The translations under genes were made by a program, and so were the position numbers. From a virus (lineage: Duplodnaviria > Caudoviricetes), in IMG/VR virus record IMGVR_UViG_3300035008_000006, positions 1 through 53,724 of that record: 53,724 bases of DNA. One strand, written 5' to 3'. Shown here piece after piece: positions 9,766 to 19,141 of this stretch (position 1 is its first letter; every line of letters begins with the position of its first letter). The notes beneath the pieces are model-generated. The model worked only from the letters and a program-made list of their open reading frames with translations, had not been told where the DNA came from and did not search any database.

Positions 9766-10263
9766 ATGCAGAAGCTCGCTTTCCTGACCGAGCATGTTCG
9801 GAGCCTCCACGCCTCGCAGATCGCGGAGCTGTCCGCGCCGGAACTCGCCTGTGTTCTCGACGATCTCGCCGAGCAGCGCGCGGCATTCGTGCTGATCGAG
9901 GACAAGGTTCGCTCTGCCCTTGATCTCAAATACGGGGCCCGCGCCAAACAGCGTCGGGCCGAGGAGGGCAAAGACACCGGGACCGTCCGCTTTGAGGACA
10001 ACGGTTTCATCGTCATCGCCGAGTTGCCCAAACGGGTGAAGTGGGACCAGGACAAGCTCCGACACGCCGGCGAGGTGATCCGCTCCGGCTGGGGCGACGA
10101 TCCGGCCGATTACATCAAGGTGAAGCTCGAGATTTCTGAAACCGCCTACGCCAACTGGCCGCGGCCCGTGCGGGAATTGTTCACGCCGGCCCGCACCGTC
10201 GAGACCGGCCGGCCCGTCTACCGCATCAAGGCACCACACGAGGCAGAAGCAGAGGCCGCCTGA
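9766..10263 (+). CDS. phage hypothetical protein
   Basis: GKDTGTVRFED..LPKRVKWDQ..FTPARTV; GGAGGG RBS. Confidence 0.8.
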   Translation: MQKLAFLTEHVRSLHASQIAELSAPELACVLDDLAEQRAAFVLIEDKVRSALDLKYGARAKQRRAEEGKDTGTVRFEDNGFIVIAELPKRVKWDQDKLRHAGEVIRSGWGDDPADYIKVKLEISETAYANWPRPVRELFTPARTVETGRPVYRIKAPHEAEAEAA

Positions 10264-10279
10264 TCGGCCCCTACACGAT

Positions 10280-10349
10280 AACGGCGGGGTGGTCCGTTTC
10301 GCGAGAGCGGACAGGCAATCCTTCGGCGCCCGGTCAACGCCCCGCCGTT
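10280..10349 (+). ncRNA. putative structured RNA, three-stem junction
   Basis: 10-bp outer stem AACGGCGGGG/CCCCGCCGTT enclosing a GCGA-loop hairpin and a cUUCGg hairpin. Confidence 0.45.
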
Positions 10350-10377
10350 TCCATCATCTCTCAGGGCAAAGGAGCCT

Positions 10378-11226
10378 GTGATGCCGGTCAGGATTATTAC
10401 CGCCGACGAACGGCTGTCGGCAGCCAATAACAAGACGTCCGTGGCAATTTTCGGCCCAAGCGGGGTCGGCAAGACCACCCTGCTCAAGTCTCTCCCACCC
10501 GAACAGACTGTCTGCCTCGATCTCGAGGCCGGCATGAAATCCGTGCAGGACTGGCCTGGCGCCAGCATTCCGGTTCGAAGCTTCGTCGATTTCCGGGATC
10601 TGGTTGTCCTGATTGGAGGCGCGGATCCGGCGGCCGATCCCAACGCCTGGTATAGCGCGCAGCATCTTCAGCACGTACGCGGCGTCTATGCCGGAAGTGG
10701 CCTTGAGGAATTCCTGGCCTCGAAGTCGATTGTCTTCGTCGACAGCATCACCGACCTCACACGTCAGGTGATGACTTATGCCCGCCAGCAGCCGGAAGCC
10801 ATCTCGGAGCGAACGGGGAAGCCCGATGTCCGCGGCGCTTACGGCTTGCTCGGCCGCGAGGTCATCCAGGCGCTCAAGCACCTGCAGCACGCACCCGGCA
10901 AAACCGTGATCTTCGTCGGCGTATTGGAGAAGGTCACCGACGAGTTCAACGTCACGACCTGGCAGCCGCAAATGGAAGGTTCAAAAGCCGGTCGTGAACT
11001 GCCTGGCATCGTCGACCAGGTGTTGTCGCTGCACCTGTTCTCACGCGATGCCGAGGGCGCCTATCTGCTCGACGAGAAAGCAAGCGAACGCCGCTTCGTC
11101 TGCCGCGCCGGCAATCCCTTCGGGCTACCAGCCAAGGATCGCAGCGGCCGGCTCGATATGACCGAGCCGCCGGATCTCGGTGCGCTGCTCCCCAAGATCA
11201 ACCTGCTGCAGACCCGCGCCGCCTAG
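10378..11226 (+). CDS. AAA_24/Sak4-like phage ATPase
   Basis: Walker A GPSGVGKT, LDLEAG, VFVDSIT, PAKDRSG. Confidence 0.85.
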   Translation: MMPVRIITADERLSAANNKTSVAIFGPSGVGKTTLLKSLPPEQTVCLDLEAGMKSVQDWPGASIPVRSFVDFRDLVVLIGGADPAADPNAWYSAQHLQHVRGVYAGSGLEEFLASKSIVFVDSITDLTRQVMTYARQQPEAISERTGKPDVRGAYGLLGREVIQALKHLQHAPGKTVIFVGVLEKVTDEFNVTTWQPQMEGSKAGRELPGIVDQVLSLHLFSRDAEGAYLLDEKASERRFVCRAGNPFGLPAKDRSGRLDMTEPPDLGALLPKINLLQTRAA

Positions 11227-11252
11227 CGAAACGCTCATCAAAGGAGACACCG

Positions 11253-11963
11253 ATGTACGACCTCAACGACGCCCAGCCGCAGATGGCGCCCATGGGCGAA
11301 CTCATTCCGGACGGCGCATTTGCCAAAGTGAAGATGACCATCCGCCCGGGTGGCCTGAACGGTGCGACGCCAATCGATGCCGGGCTGCTCAAGGCCTCGC
11401 AATCGAGCGACGCCAAGCTGCTCGATTGCGAATTCACCGTCGTGTCTGGCCCCTATGTCCGGCGCAAATTCTGGCAAAATTTCACCGTCGCCGGTGGCAA
11501 ACTCGATGAGAAAGGGCAGTCGAAGGGCTGGAACATCTCCAAAAGCACCTTCCGCGCCATGGTCGACAGCGCACTTGGGCTCGATCCTAAAGATGAGAGT
11601 GCCGCCGCAAAGCAAAAGCGCGTCATTCAGGGGTTGAAGCAGCTTGACGGGATCGTGTTCGCAGCGCGCATCATGGTCGAGCCTGCCTCCAACCCGCAGT
11701 ACAAGGACCAGAACAAGCTCGCCAATGTGGTGCTGCCGGGCGAGCCGCAATATCCGGCCATCATGCGCGATGAGAACGTGCCGCCGGATCCGGTTAACGC
11801 CAAGCCGCGCAGAGCCGCAGAGTCTGCCACACCGGCGCCGGCCTGGGGAAACAACCCGGCAACGCAGGCGCCGGCGTCAGGCGGCGTACCATGGGCCAAC
11901 ACCGCCGAACCCAAGCCGCCGCAGAGCGCGCCGGCGCCGGGTCCGGCCTGGCTCAACGGCTGA
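11253..11963 (+). CDS. putative phage ssDNA-binding protein (DUF669-like)
   Basis: Follows Sak4-like gene; LDCEFTVVSGPYVRRKFW; Pro/Ala-rich tail ending PAWL. Confidence 0.65.
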   Translation: MYDLNDAQPQMAPMGELIPDGAFAKVKMTIRPGGLNGATPIDAGLLKASQSSDAKLLDCEFTVVSGPYVRRKFWQNFTVAGGKLDEKGQSKGWNISKSTFRAMVDSALGLDPKDESAAAKQKRVIQGLKQLDGIVFAARIMVEPASNPQYKDQNKLANVVLPGEPQYPAIMRDENVPPDPVNAKPRRAAESATPAPAWGNNPATQAPASGGVPWANTAEPKPPQSAPAPGPAWLNG

Positions 11964-11978
11964 GGCAACTAGCGCGCG

Positions 11979-12209
11979 ATGACCGATGACGAGTGGCAGG
12001 CGCATGTCACGCGCGAGGCGGCGAAGGCGATCGGCGAATGGCTCGAAGGAAGAGGAAGGCTCCATCAGCCCATTCGTTGTTTGGCCATGCGCGATCTCGA
12101 AGCGATGGCGCAGAACGCGATCAGCGTCTTCATCGTGAAAACGTCGAAGCGAGTCAGGGAGCGCCCCGACGCGCCCGCGTCGCGGAGGCTCTCGATACTC
12201 TTGGGCTGA
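11979..12209 (+). CDS. phage hypothetical protein
   Basis: ATG ORF in operon, helical composition. Confidence 0.65.
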   Translation: MTDDEWQAHVTREAAKAIGEWLEGRGRLHQPIRCLAMRDLEAMAQNAISVFIVKTSKRVRERPDAPASRRLSILLG

Positions 12210-12550
12210 GGCCTTGCGCCATCTGCAGCCGCGAAAGTCGCGGTTTCCATTTCACACAAGAACTTCGGCCAGATCGGTATCCAACCTACGCTTTCTGTTC
12301 GGTGCGTTGCCTCGATGCAGGGACAGCGATCGCTATGAGGAACCGCGGCATGATCGACAAGTCCGAGATGGAAATCCGCGCGATCAAGGAGGCGCGCCGG
12401 TTTCTTGCGGAAGTGCTGACCGAGCTCGGATTGATGACGCCATTCCACGACCGCAGCGCCGAAGAGATCGATCGCATCATCGAAGCCTGCGTCGACGGCT
12501 TTCAGGCGTCCATGCAGCGCCAGTCTCTCAACGATGAAATTCCGTTTTGA
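12038..12550 (+). CDS. DUF6511-like Zn-binding protein with NDEIPF tail
   Basis: CAIC..FCSVRC; EEIDRIIEACVDGFQ; start uncertain, overlaps previous ORF. Confidence 0.7.
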   Translation: MARRKRKAPSAHSLFGHARSRSDGAERDQRLHRENVEASQGAPRRARVAEALDTLGLRPCAICSRESRGFHFTQELRPDRYPTYAFCSVRCLDAGTAIAMRNRGMIDKSEMEIRAIKEARRFLAEVLTELGLMTPFHDRSAEEIDRIIEACVDGFQASMQRQSLNDEIPF

Positions 12551-12559
12551 AGCGCAGAC

Positions 12560-13357
12560 ATGATCGATCTGAACCATGGGTCCGGCTGTCAGTACGCGCG
12601 CCCGTGCCGATTACCCGGCATCGCGGTCGCCGTGAATGGCGCGATCGATGCCGCCTTGAGCGCGCGGGACAAGGCGCAGCCGCCGCGGCGATACGTTAGC
12701 ACGTCCGGGCTCGGCCGCGAGTGCGTACGGCAAATTCAATATGACTATCTGGCGGTGCCCAAGGACGAAGGCCGCGCGTTCGAGCCAAAGACCCTTCGCA
12801 TCTTCGAGGCCGGACATCGTGCCGAGGAGATCGTTGCCGGCTGGCTGAGGGCGGCCGGGTTCGACCTGCGCACGCAGCGGCCGGATGGACGCCAGTTCGG
12901 ATTTTCCGCCCTCGACGGACGTTTCAGGGGCCACATCGATGGCTGCCTCGTCGCCGGCCCGGTCGCGATGGAATTTCCGGCGCTGTGGGAGAACAAGGCT
13001 GTGGGCGCGGCGCCCTGGAAGGAGATCGTCAAGCGAGGCGTCGTGTTGGCACGGCCGATCTATGCCGCACAGATCGCGCTCTACCAAGCCTATCTCGATC
13101 TGCCGAACCCGGCGCTGTTCACCGCACTCAACCGCGACACGTTCGAGTTGCACTGTGAGCTGGTGCCGCTCGACTCTGGTCTCGCCCAGCGAACGAGCGA
13201 CCGCGCCGTCGAGACCGTCCGCGCCTGTGACGTGCAGGAGCTGCTGCCGCGCGCCGCTGCCGACCGCAGCTCGGCGATCTGCCGCGGCGGCTGGGCCGGC
13301 GGGGAATGGCACGGCGCTTGCGCCTGGCAGGACCGGTGCTGGAGCGCGGCGTTATGA
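12560..13357 (+). CDS. PD-(D/E)XK nuclease, Cas4/RecB-like
   Basis: GHIDG..LWENK, QIALYQAY, N- and C-terminal Cys residues. Confidence 0.8.
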   Translation: MIDLNHGSGCQYARPCRLPGIAVAVNGAIDAALSARDKAQPPRRYVSTSGLGRECVRQIQYDYLAVPKDEGRAFEPKTLRIFEAGHRAEEIVAGWLRAAGFDLRTQRPDGRQFGFSALDGRFRGHIDGCLVAGPVAMEFPALWENKAVGAAPWKEIVKRGVVLARPIYAAQIALYQAYLDLPNPALFTALNRDTFELHCELVPLDSGLAQRTSDRAVETVRACDVQELLPRAAADRSSAICRGGWAGGEWHGACAWQDRCWSAAL

Positions 13358-14676
13358 GCGATATCACGCCCTCCGACACGCAGGCACGCGTCATTACAGC
13401 CATCAAGGACTGGTTCAAGAACCGGGCCGATCAGCAGCAGGTCTTCCGGCTCTTTGGTTACGCCGGCACCGGCAAGAGCACCGTGCTCAAATTTGCGCTC
13501 GACGAACTCGGGCTCGAACCGCACAAGAATGACCGCGAGGGCGGCTCGTGCGTACCCGGCGTTGTGACCGCCACCTTCACCGGCAAGGCCGCTCTGGTGC
13601 TGCGCCGCAAGGGGACGCCCGCGCGCACCATCCACAGCCTGATTTATAGTGTGATCGTTGCCACTGACGAAGAAATCGAGGCGGCGCATCAGAAGATCAG
13701 CGACGCCGAGCTCGATGCGCTCAAACTCGGCGGTTTCGATCGCACGGCCGCGGAAGCAGCGATCGAGGCCATGCGGCAGGCAATATCACAGATGAAGAAG
13801 CCGCGCTTTGCGCTCAATCCACAGAGCGACGCCGCGCAGGCCAAGCTGATCGTGCTCGACGAGGTCTCTATGGTCGGCGAGGACATGGCGCGCGACCTGA
13901 TGAGCTTTGGCAAGCCCATCCTCGTTTTGGGCGATCCCGGTCAGCTGCCGCCAATCAAGGGCGAAGGGGCGTTCACCAACGACGCGCCCGACGTCATGCT
14001 CACCGAAATCCACCGCCAGGCCGAGGAGAGCGCCATCATCCGGCTCGCCACCATGGCGCGGCGCGGCGAGCCGATCGGCTTTGGCCAATACGACACATTC
14101 GTCTGGAAAATGCGAAAGATGGAGGTGACGCCGGAGCAGTGTCTGCGCGGCGGCCAGGTCATCTGTGGGCTTAATGCCACGCGTCTGCAGCTCAACAATG
14201 CCATGCGGCGAGCCGCCGGCTTCGGCAACAACTGGCTACCTACCGGCTGCGGTGAAAAGATCATCTGCCTAAAGAACCAGAACGACATCGGCCTGATCAA
14301 CGGCATGTTTATCAACCTCGACGACGTCGTCGACGAAGGCAGCCTTTTCTTCTCGGCGGTCGTGACCGATGAGGAAGGCAACTCCATCGGTCGTCCTGGG
14401 AAGGACGGCAAGCACGAGCGGCTGCGGATCTACAAGGGGCATTTCGAGGATCATATTGCTTTTGACCGGCAGCGCCACGACCGCGACTGGAAGCACAAGC
14501 GCAACTTGACCGAGGCGACCTTCGGCTGGGCGATTACTGGCCACAAATCGCAAGGCTCGCAATGGGAGAACGTCGTCCTCTGGGATGACGGCCTCGGCCG
14601 CAACGAAGTCGACCGTCGACGTTGGCTCTACACCGTGATCACGCGAGCCGAGCGAGGGTTGGTGATCCTGTCATGA
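13354..14676 (+). CDS. RecD/Dda-like SF1 helicase
   Basis: GYAGTGKS, TFTGKAA, LDEVSM, GDPGQLPP, IHRQA, HKSQGSQW, LYTVITRA. Confidence 0.9.
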   Translation: MSDITPSDTQARVITAIKDWFKNRADQQQVFRLFGYAGTGKSTVLKFALDELGLEPHKNDREGGSCVPGVVTATFTGKAALVLRRKGTPARTIHSLIYSVIVATDEEIEAAHQKISDAELDALKLGGFDRTAAEAAIEAMRQAISQMKKPRFALNPQSDAAQAKLIVLDEVSMVGEDMARDLMSFGKPILVLGDPGQLPPIKGEGAFTNDAPDVMLTEIHRQAEESAIIRLATMARRGEPIGFGQYDTFVWKMRKMEVTPEQCLRGGQVICGLNATRLQLNNAMRRAAGFGNNWLPTGCGEKIICLKNQNDIGLINGMFINLDDVVDEGSLFFSAVVTDEEGNSIGRPGKDGKHERLRIYKGHFEDHIAFDRQRHDRDWKHKRNLTEATFGWAITGHKSQGSQWENVVLWDDGLGRNEVDRRRWLYTVITRAERGLVILS

Positions 14677-17192
14677 TCGACCTCAACGAGGTCTGGCGGC
14701 CACCGGTCCGGTACGACCTCGATGAAATCCGGGAGCGACTTTGCGCGACGGCAGCCGACTGGCTGCCGCCGTTGTTTCCGCAGGCGCGCATCTCGGTCGA
14801 TCGAAAGATCCTGCGCTGTGCCGACCTCTCCGGTCGCGCGTCGCGCAACGAGGGCTCCTGTGTCATCCACCTCCGGGGCCCGCGCGCCGGCTGGGGATAC
14901 GACCACGCGACCGGCGAGTGCGCTGGACCTATCGACCTCATCCACCACGGCACCGGGCTCACGCCGCCGGCGCTGTTCGAGGAAGCCGCGCGTTATGCCC
15001 GGCTGGACCAGCCAGCGCCGATGCGAGCAGGGCCGGCAACACCGGACCACAGCCACGAGGTCGCCCGGATCCTCGCCGGTTGCGCGCCGCTCGCCGGGAC
15101 CGTGGCCGAGCGCTATCTGCACGGCCGCGGTCTTCGCGATCCAGCGTCCCCCGATCTGCTGTTCAACCCGGATCTAGCGGACTTCGAGACGCGTCGCGGC
15201 TGGCCGGGCATGGTGGGCCGCGTCCGCAACCAGACCGGTGAGCCGACCGGCGGCATTCATCGCACGTACCTGCTCGACGATGGCTCAGGCAAAGCGCCGG
15301 CGGCTAAGAAAATGCTGGGGCCGGTCGCTGGTGGCTCGGTTCGGCTGTGGCCGATGCCAGAGGATGGTCACCTCGGTGTCGCCGAGGGGATCGAGACCGC
15401 GCTCGCCGCCCAGACGATCTTCGCAATCCCGACTTGGGCTGCGCTGTCCGCCGACGGGCTGAGGAAGTGGGAGTGGCCGCCGAAGACCAAGCGCGTGACC
15501 ATCTTTGCGGACGGGGGTGATGCCGGTAAGCAGGCAGCGGACGCGCTCGCCGACCGCCTCAACGCCGCGGGCATCGCGATGACGATTGTCACGCCGCAAC
15601 ATGGCGATGACTTCAACGACGACCTGCGTCGCGGTGCAACCGCCAACGACTATAAGGCTGTGCTTCAGCGAGCCACACCGTTACTGACGACTGCGGCCGA
15701 TTTCGAATCCGCGGCGCGTGCGTTGACGAAGCCGCCCGAGTTGCATGCGCTGGGCGCGATCCTCGGCCAGATCGTCACTGCGCATCTGGAGCCGTTGCCC
15801 GAGCGGCAGGTGCTGAGTTCGATCAAGGCCGCGACCGGGATCCCGGTTGCGGTTCTCGAAAAGCAGATCGGCGAGCTCCGTCGCCGGCTAAACGCCACGG
15901 GCGATATTCACCAACAGCCGATGCGTCCACGCTGGGCGAGCCAGCTTCGGCTCGACCTCGCCGGCACGCCCGAGCGCAATGAGGCAAACGTTATCACCGC
16001 ACTCGCCAATGACGAGGCATTCGCCGGCGCGCTCGTGTTCGACGAGTTCCGTCAGGAGACCCTGGTGACACGAAGGCTACCCTGGGACGACCTTATTAGT
16101 AGCCGACCGCGAGCCTGGAGCGACGCCGATGATGTGCGGTGCGCCGAGTGGCTACAACGACGCGAGATCAATGTTGCCCCCGCGATGGTCAGCCGCAGCG
16201 TGGGCGCAGTTGCCCGCGAAATGCGTGTGCATCCGGTCCGAGACTATCTCGGCCACCTGCGCTGGGACGGGGTCCCGCGGCTGGCGCTGTGGACGGTCGC
16301 CTATCTTGGCGCTGACGAGACAGAGCTCAATAAGGCTTTCGGCGCCCGCTGGATGATATCGGCGGTCGCGCGGATCATGCAGCCTGGGGTCAAGGCCGAT
16401 CATATGCTGATCCTGGAAGGTCCACAGGGAGCCAAGAAGTCGAGCGCCATCAAGACGCTTGCCGGCGCGGATTGGTTCACCGACGAAATTGCGGAGATTG
16501 GTAGCAAGGACGCCGCGCAACAAATGCGAGGGGTTTGGATCATCGAGATCGCCGAGCTCGATGCGATCAGTCGCGCCGAGGTCTCGCGGATCAAAGCCTT
16601 CCTGACCAGGACCACCGATCGTTACCGTCCGCCTTACGAGCGATACATTGTATCCATACCGCGCCAGTGCGTGTTCGCCGGCAGCGTCAACCCCGAGACT
16701 TACCTGCGCGACGAGACCGGCAATCGACGCTTCTGGCCGATCCGCTGCGGAAGTATCGATCTCGTCACGCTGGCGCGCGACCGTGACCAGCTCTGGGCGG
16801 AAGCGGTCGCGCGGTATCGGGAGGGTGCGATCTGGTGGCTGGCCGAACCGGAACTGGTCGCCTCCGCCAAAGCTGAGCAGGACCAGCGCTATCAAACGGA
16901 CGCATGGGATGCGCGTATCGATCGCTGGCTCACTTACGAACGACGCCGCGTCAATCACGGCTACGGGAACTTCGACGACTGGCGCGACGAGGAGGTCGAG
17001 CGGTCGACACCGCTCACTGATGTATCCGTCGGCGAAATCCTCGAAGGCGCGCTGGGGATCGAGGCTGCGCGCTGGACACGCGCCGACCAGATGCGCGTCA
17101 CCGCATATCTGAAGGCACGAAATTGGGAGCGCTACCAAGCAAGGCTAGGGATTGGGCGCCAATCCCTGCGTGAGTGGCGGTACCGCCAGTAA
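14673..17192 (+). CDS. Toprim primase fused to VapE-type helicase
   Basis: VAEGIETAL, IFADG, DFND; LEGPQGAKKS, EIAELD, RDETGNRRFWP. Confidence 0.9.
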   Translation: MIDLNEVWRPPVRYDLDEIRERLCATAADWLPPLFPQARISVDRKILRCADLSGRASRNEGSCVIHLRGPRAGWGYDHATGECAGPIDLIHHGTGLTPPALFEEAARYARLDQPAPMRAGPATPDHSHEVARILAGCAPLAGTVAERYLHGRGLRDPASPDLLFNPDLADFETRRGWPGMVGRVRNQTGEPTGGIHRTYLLDDGSGKAPAAKKMLGPVAGGSVRLWPMPEDGHLGVAEGIETALAAQTIFAIPTWAALSADGLRKWEWPPKTKRVTIFADGGDAGKQAADALADRLNAAGIAMTIVTPQHGDDFNDDLRRGATANDYKAVLQRATPLLTTAADFESAARALTKPPELHALGAILGQIVTAHLEPLPERQVLSSIKAATGIPVAVLEKQIGELRRRLNATGDIHQQPMRPRWASQLRLDLAGTPERNEANVITALANDEAFAGALVFDEFRQETLVTRRLPWDDLISSRPRAWSDADDVRCAEWLQRREINVAPAMVSRSVGAVAREMRVHPVRDYLGHLRWDGVPRLALWTVAYLGADETELNKAFGARWMISAVARIMQPGVKADHMLILEGPQGAKKSSAIKTLAGADWFTDEIAEIGSKDAAQQMRGVWIIEIAELDAISRAEVSRIKAFLTRTTDRYRPPYERYIVSIPRQCVFAGSVNPETYLRDETGNRRFWPIRCGSIDLVTLARDRDQLWAEAVARYREGAIWWLAEPELVASAKAEQDQRYQTDAWDARIDRWLTYERRRVNHGYGNFDDWRDEEVERSTPLTDVSVGEILEGALGIEAARWTRADQMRVTAYLKARNWERYQARLGIGRQSLREWRYRQ

Positions 17193-17425
17193 TCCAGTGC
17201 TTCTCGGAACAGTAAGCCCGCACGCAAAGGAGCACGTGAAGGGCAACAAACTGGATCTGAACGTGTGCCGTCCGCGATTGACCTGGCTATCGCGAGCGCT
17301 GTGTTTTTGACGTTTGCTGCTTTGCTGTTGAACCTAGGCAGCTGAACGACGATAAGCCTGAGAGGACCGTCCGGAGGCACACGGAAGCTTCCAGCGGGGG
17401 CCAAAAAGGAGATTCAGGAGGGAAT

Positions 17426-17539
17426 ATGACGTTTTGGCTGATTTTCGGACTGTGCGCGTTAGGCGCGGCGCTGCTTTTCAGCATCCCATTTCTTCCGTCA
17501 AAACCGGATGGGAAAAACTCCGTCGATATCGAAAGTTGA
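17426..17539 (+). CDS. 37-aa single-pass membrane micro-protein, not in ORF track
   Basis: AGGAGGG RBS; MTFWLIFGLCALGAALLFSIPFLPSKPDGKNSVDIES. Confidence 0.55.
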   Translation: MTFWLIFGLCALGAALLFSIPFLPSKPDGKNSVDIES

Positions 17540-17556
17540 AAAGCCGCATCCATGCA

Positions 17557-17919
17557 TCAGGGCTCCGGCACAAGCGGAAACAATGGGCTATCATCGCCGA
17601 CATAGCGAAAAGCCCGCACCGCCTTGCTTTGGCATCGAGAACAGACGAGCCGTTTCGTCATCACGACCAAAGACACGTCGGGCTCAAGTCCCAGCTCGCC
17701 CAACTGTTCCTCAGCTATCGTAGCCCGATGACTGCAATTCAGACATTCGATGGCCACGCGACGCACGACTGACCTCTCTCCCTTCCTACCTTTGGCCGTT
17801 AGCTGGCTCGCTTTTAGTCTCTTCGCTACCTTCAATGCCTTCGCCGGAGAGCGGGCCGCGAACTCTTCAATTCGAAGCGTTCCGTCTTCTGCTATGCGGG
17901 TTGCGAGGTATTTTCTCAT
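17557..17919 (-). CDS. zinc-ribbon hypothetical protein
   Basis: CLNC..CSRC; LexA box directly upstream. Confidence 0.7.
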   Translation of the reverse strand: MRKYLATRIAEDGTLRIEEFAARSPAKALKVAKRLKASQLTAKGRKGERSVVRRVAIECLNCSHRATIAEEQLGELGLEPDVSLVVMTKRLVCSRCQSKAVRAFRYVGDDSPLFPLVPEP

Positions 17920-17936
17920 ATGACGTCAAAAATAAT

Positions 17937-17951
17937 GTTCCGAGTAAGTTC
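17937..17951 (-). promoter_or_regulatory. alphaproteobacterial LexA box
   Basis: GTTC-CGAGTAA-GTTC, 17 nt upstream of the ATG at 17919. Confidence 0.65.
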
Positions 17952-18189
17952 CGTGGACTGGACGGCGGCCGTGCTGCGGCACTTTGTCCACCTTGCCGCA
18001 TAATGTACAGATGTGCCGGGACGGTTCTAATTCTTGGGTGCGCCTGCCGTTGATCGGGTAATTTTGCCGGCCTTTTCTGCTCCAGCCGTGGTACATTGTC
18101 TTCCATCACCGGCTACGGCTCTTTCCCCGTGGGCGTCGGTGGCTGAGAGACCAGTCGTGCTCCCGCCTGCAAAACAGCGGAGAGCTATC

Positions 18190-18435
18190 ATGGCCTCAAA
18201 GGATGCATTTTATTTTTCCGGCTCGAAAAACGTAATGCCCATCCCCTGCGCGGAGTGCGGAAACAACATGTATTGTTTCCGCCGGTCGCCTGATGGCGAC
18301 GGCGAAAAGCAGTGGTTCTATTGCGCGTTATGCACCAACGAAACGCAACGGCTCGCGGGTGGCGAACAAAGCGACGCAGACATCCAGGCTGAGGCCGAAT
18401 CCCTTACTGGTGTTCGTCATCATGGCGCTGCCTAG
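18190..18435 (+). CDS. zinc-ribbon micro-protein
   Basis: CAEC..CALC; GGAGAG RBS. Confidence 0.65.
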   Translation: MASKDAFYFSGSKNVMPIPCAECGNNMYCFRRSPDGDGEKQWFYCALCTNETQRLAGGEQSDADIQAEAESLTGVRHHGAA

Positions 18436-18598
18436 TTTGAAGCGGAAGTGGACGGCCGCAGAAGATGAGGCGATCCGTCAGCACGCCACAAAAATCAGCT
18501 TGGCTCGTCTGGCGGTCCGTCTAAAGCGAACATCCAACGCGGTTTCGACGCGGGCGAGCGAGCTGCAAGTGGAGCTTAAGAGGCGGCTGCGAATGTAA
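18422..18598 (+). CDS. Myb/SANT-like small HTH protein
   Basis: RKWTAAEDEAIR..LAVRLKRTSNAVSTRA. Confidence 0.65.
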   Translation: MALPSLKRKWTAAEDEAIRQHATKISLARLAVRLKRTSNAVSTRASELQVELKRRLRM

Positions 18599-18673
18599 AG
18601 GTCGCCTCGGTGGCCTCGCTCAAAATGTGTGAAAGTTTAATGCGGTGGAAAGTCGGGCCTCTAAACTGCATCT

Positions 18674-18895
18674 ATGAAGTTCTATTTCGATATCCGCAAC
18701 GGCACGATGGCTATTGACGATGAAGGGATCGAGCTCGACGGTGTCGCCGCCGCCGTGCACGAAGCCCGGAAAACACTTGCATCAGTCTCGGCGGAAACCA
18801 TTTTGTCTGGACACAGTCACGTTTCCATCGATGTCCGCGACGGCGAGCGAGTTGTCTGCAGCGCAAGCATGACGATCGAAGTCCGCCGTTGTTAA
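18674..18895 (+). CDS. DUF6894 family protein
   Basis: MKFYFDIRNG..DDEGIELDG..AVHEA..IDVRD. Confidence 0.8.
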   Translation: MKFYFDIRNGTMAIDDEGIELDGVAAAVHEARKTLASVSAETILSGHSHVSIDVRDGERVVCSASMTIEVRRC

Positions 18896-18901
18896 TCCCA
18901 G

Positions 18902-19141
18902 TTGACCCCAAATAAGTCTAGCGCGGGTTTTGCATTGAATAAGCCGTGGACACCCGAAGAGGACGCAGCGCTTAAACACGCGATTGATAAAGGCATCAGC
19001 CTGCAGCGACTTACCGTCCGGTTCAAGCGGCCTAGATCATCGGTTCTAAACCGGCTAAAGCGGCTTGGCTTGGCAACCGCCCCGGTTGCGCGGCTCGGAG
19101 CTGCCGAGCGAGACCTGGCGAGTCGACCGCGAAAGCGGTGA
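18902..19141 (+). CDS. Myb/SANT-like small HTH protein
   Basis: KPWTPEEDAALK..LTVRFKRPRSSVLNRLKRLGL; start uncertain. Confidence 0.7.
   Translation: MTPNKSSAGFALNKPWTPEEDAALKHAIDKGISLQRLTVRFKRPRSSVLNRLKRLGLATAPVARLGAAERDLASRPRKR

Noticed and set aside
12560-13357. cas4 as part of a CRISPR-Cas system
   Set aside because: Solo nuclease within a phage recombination operon
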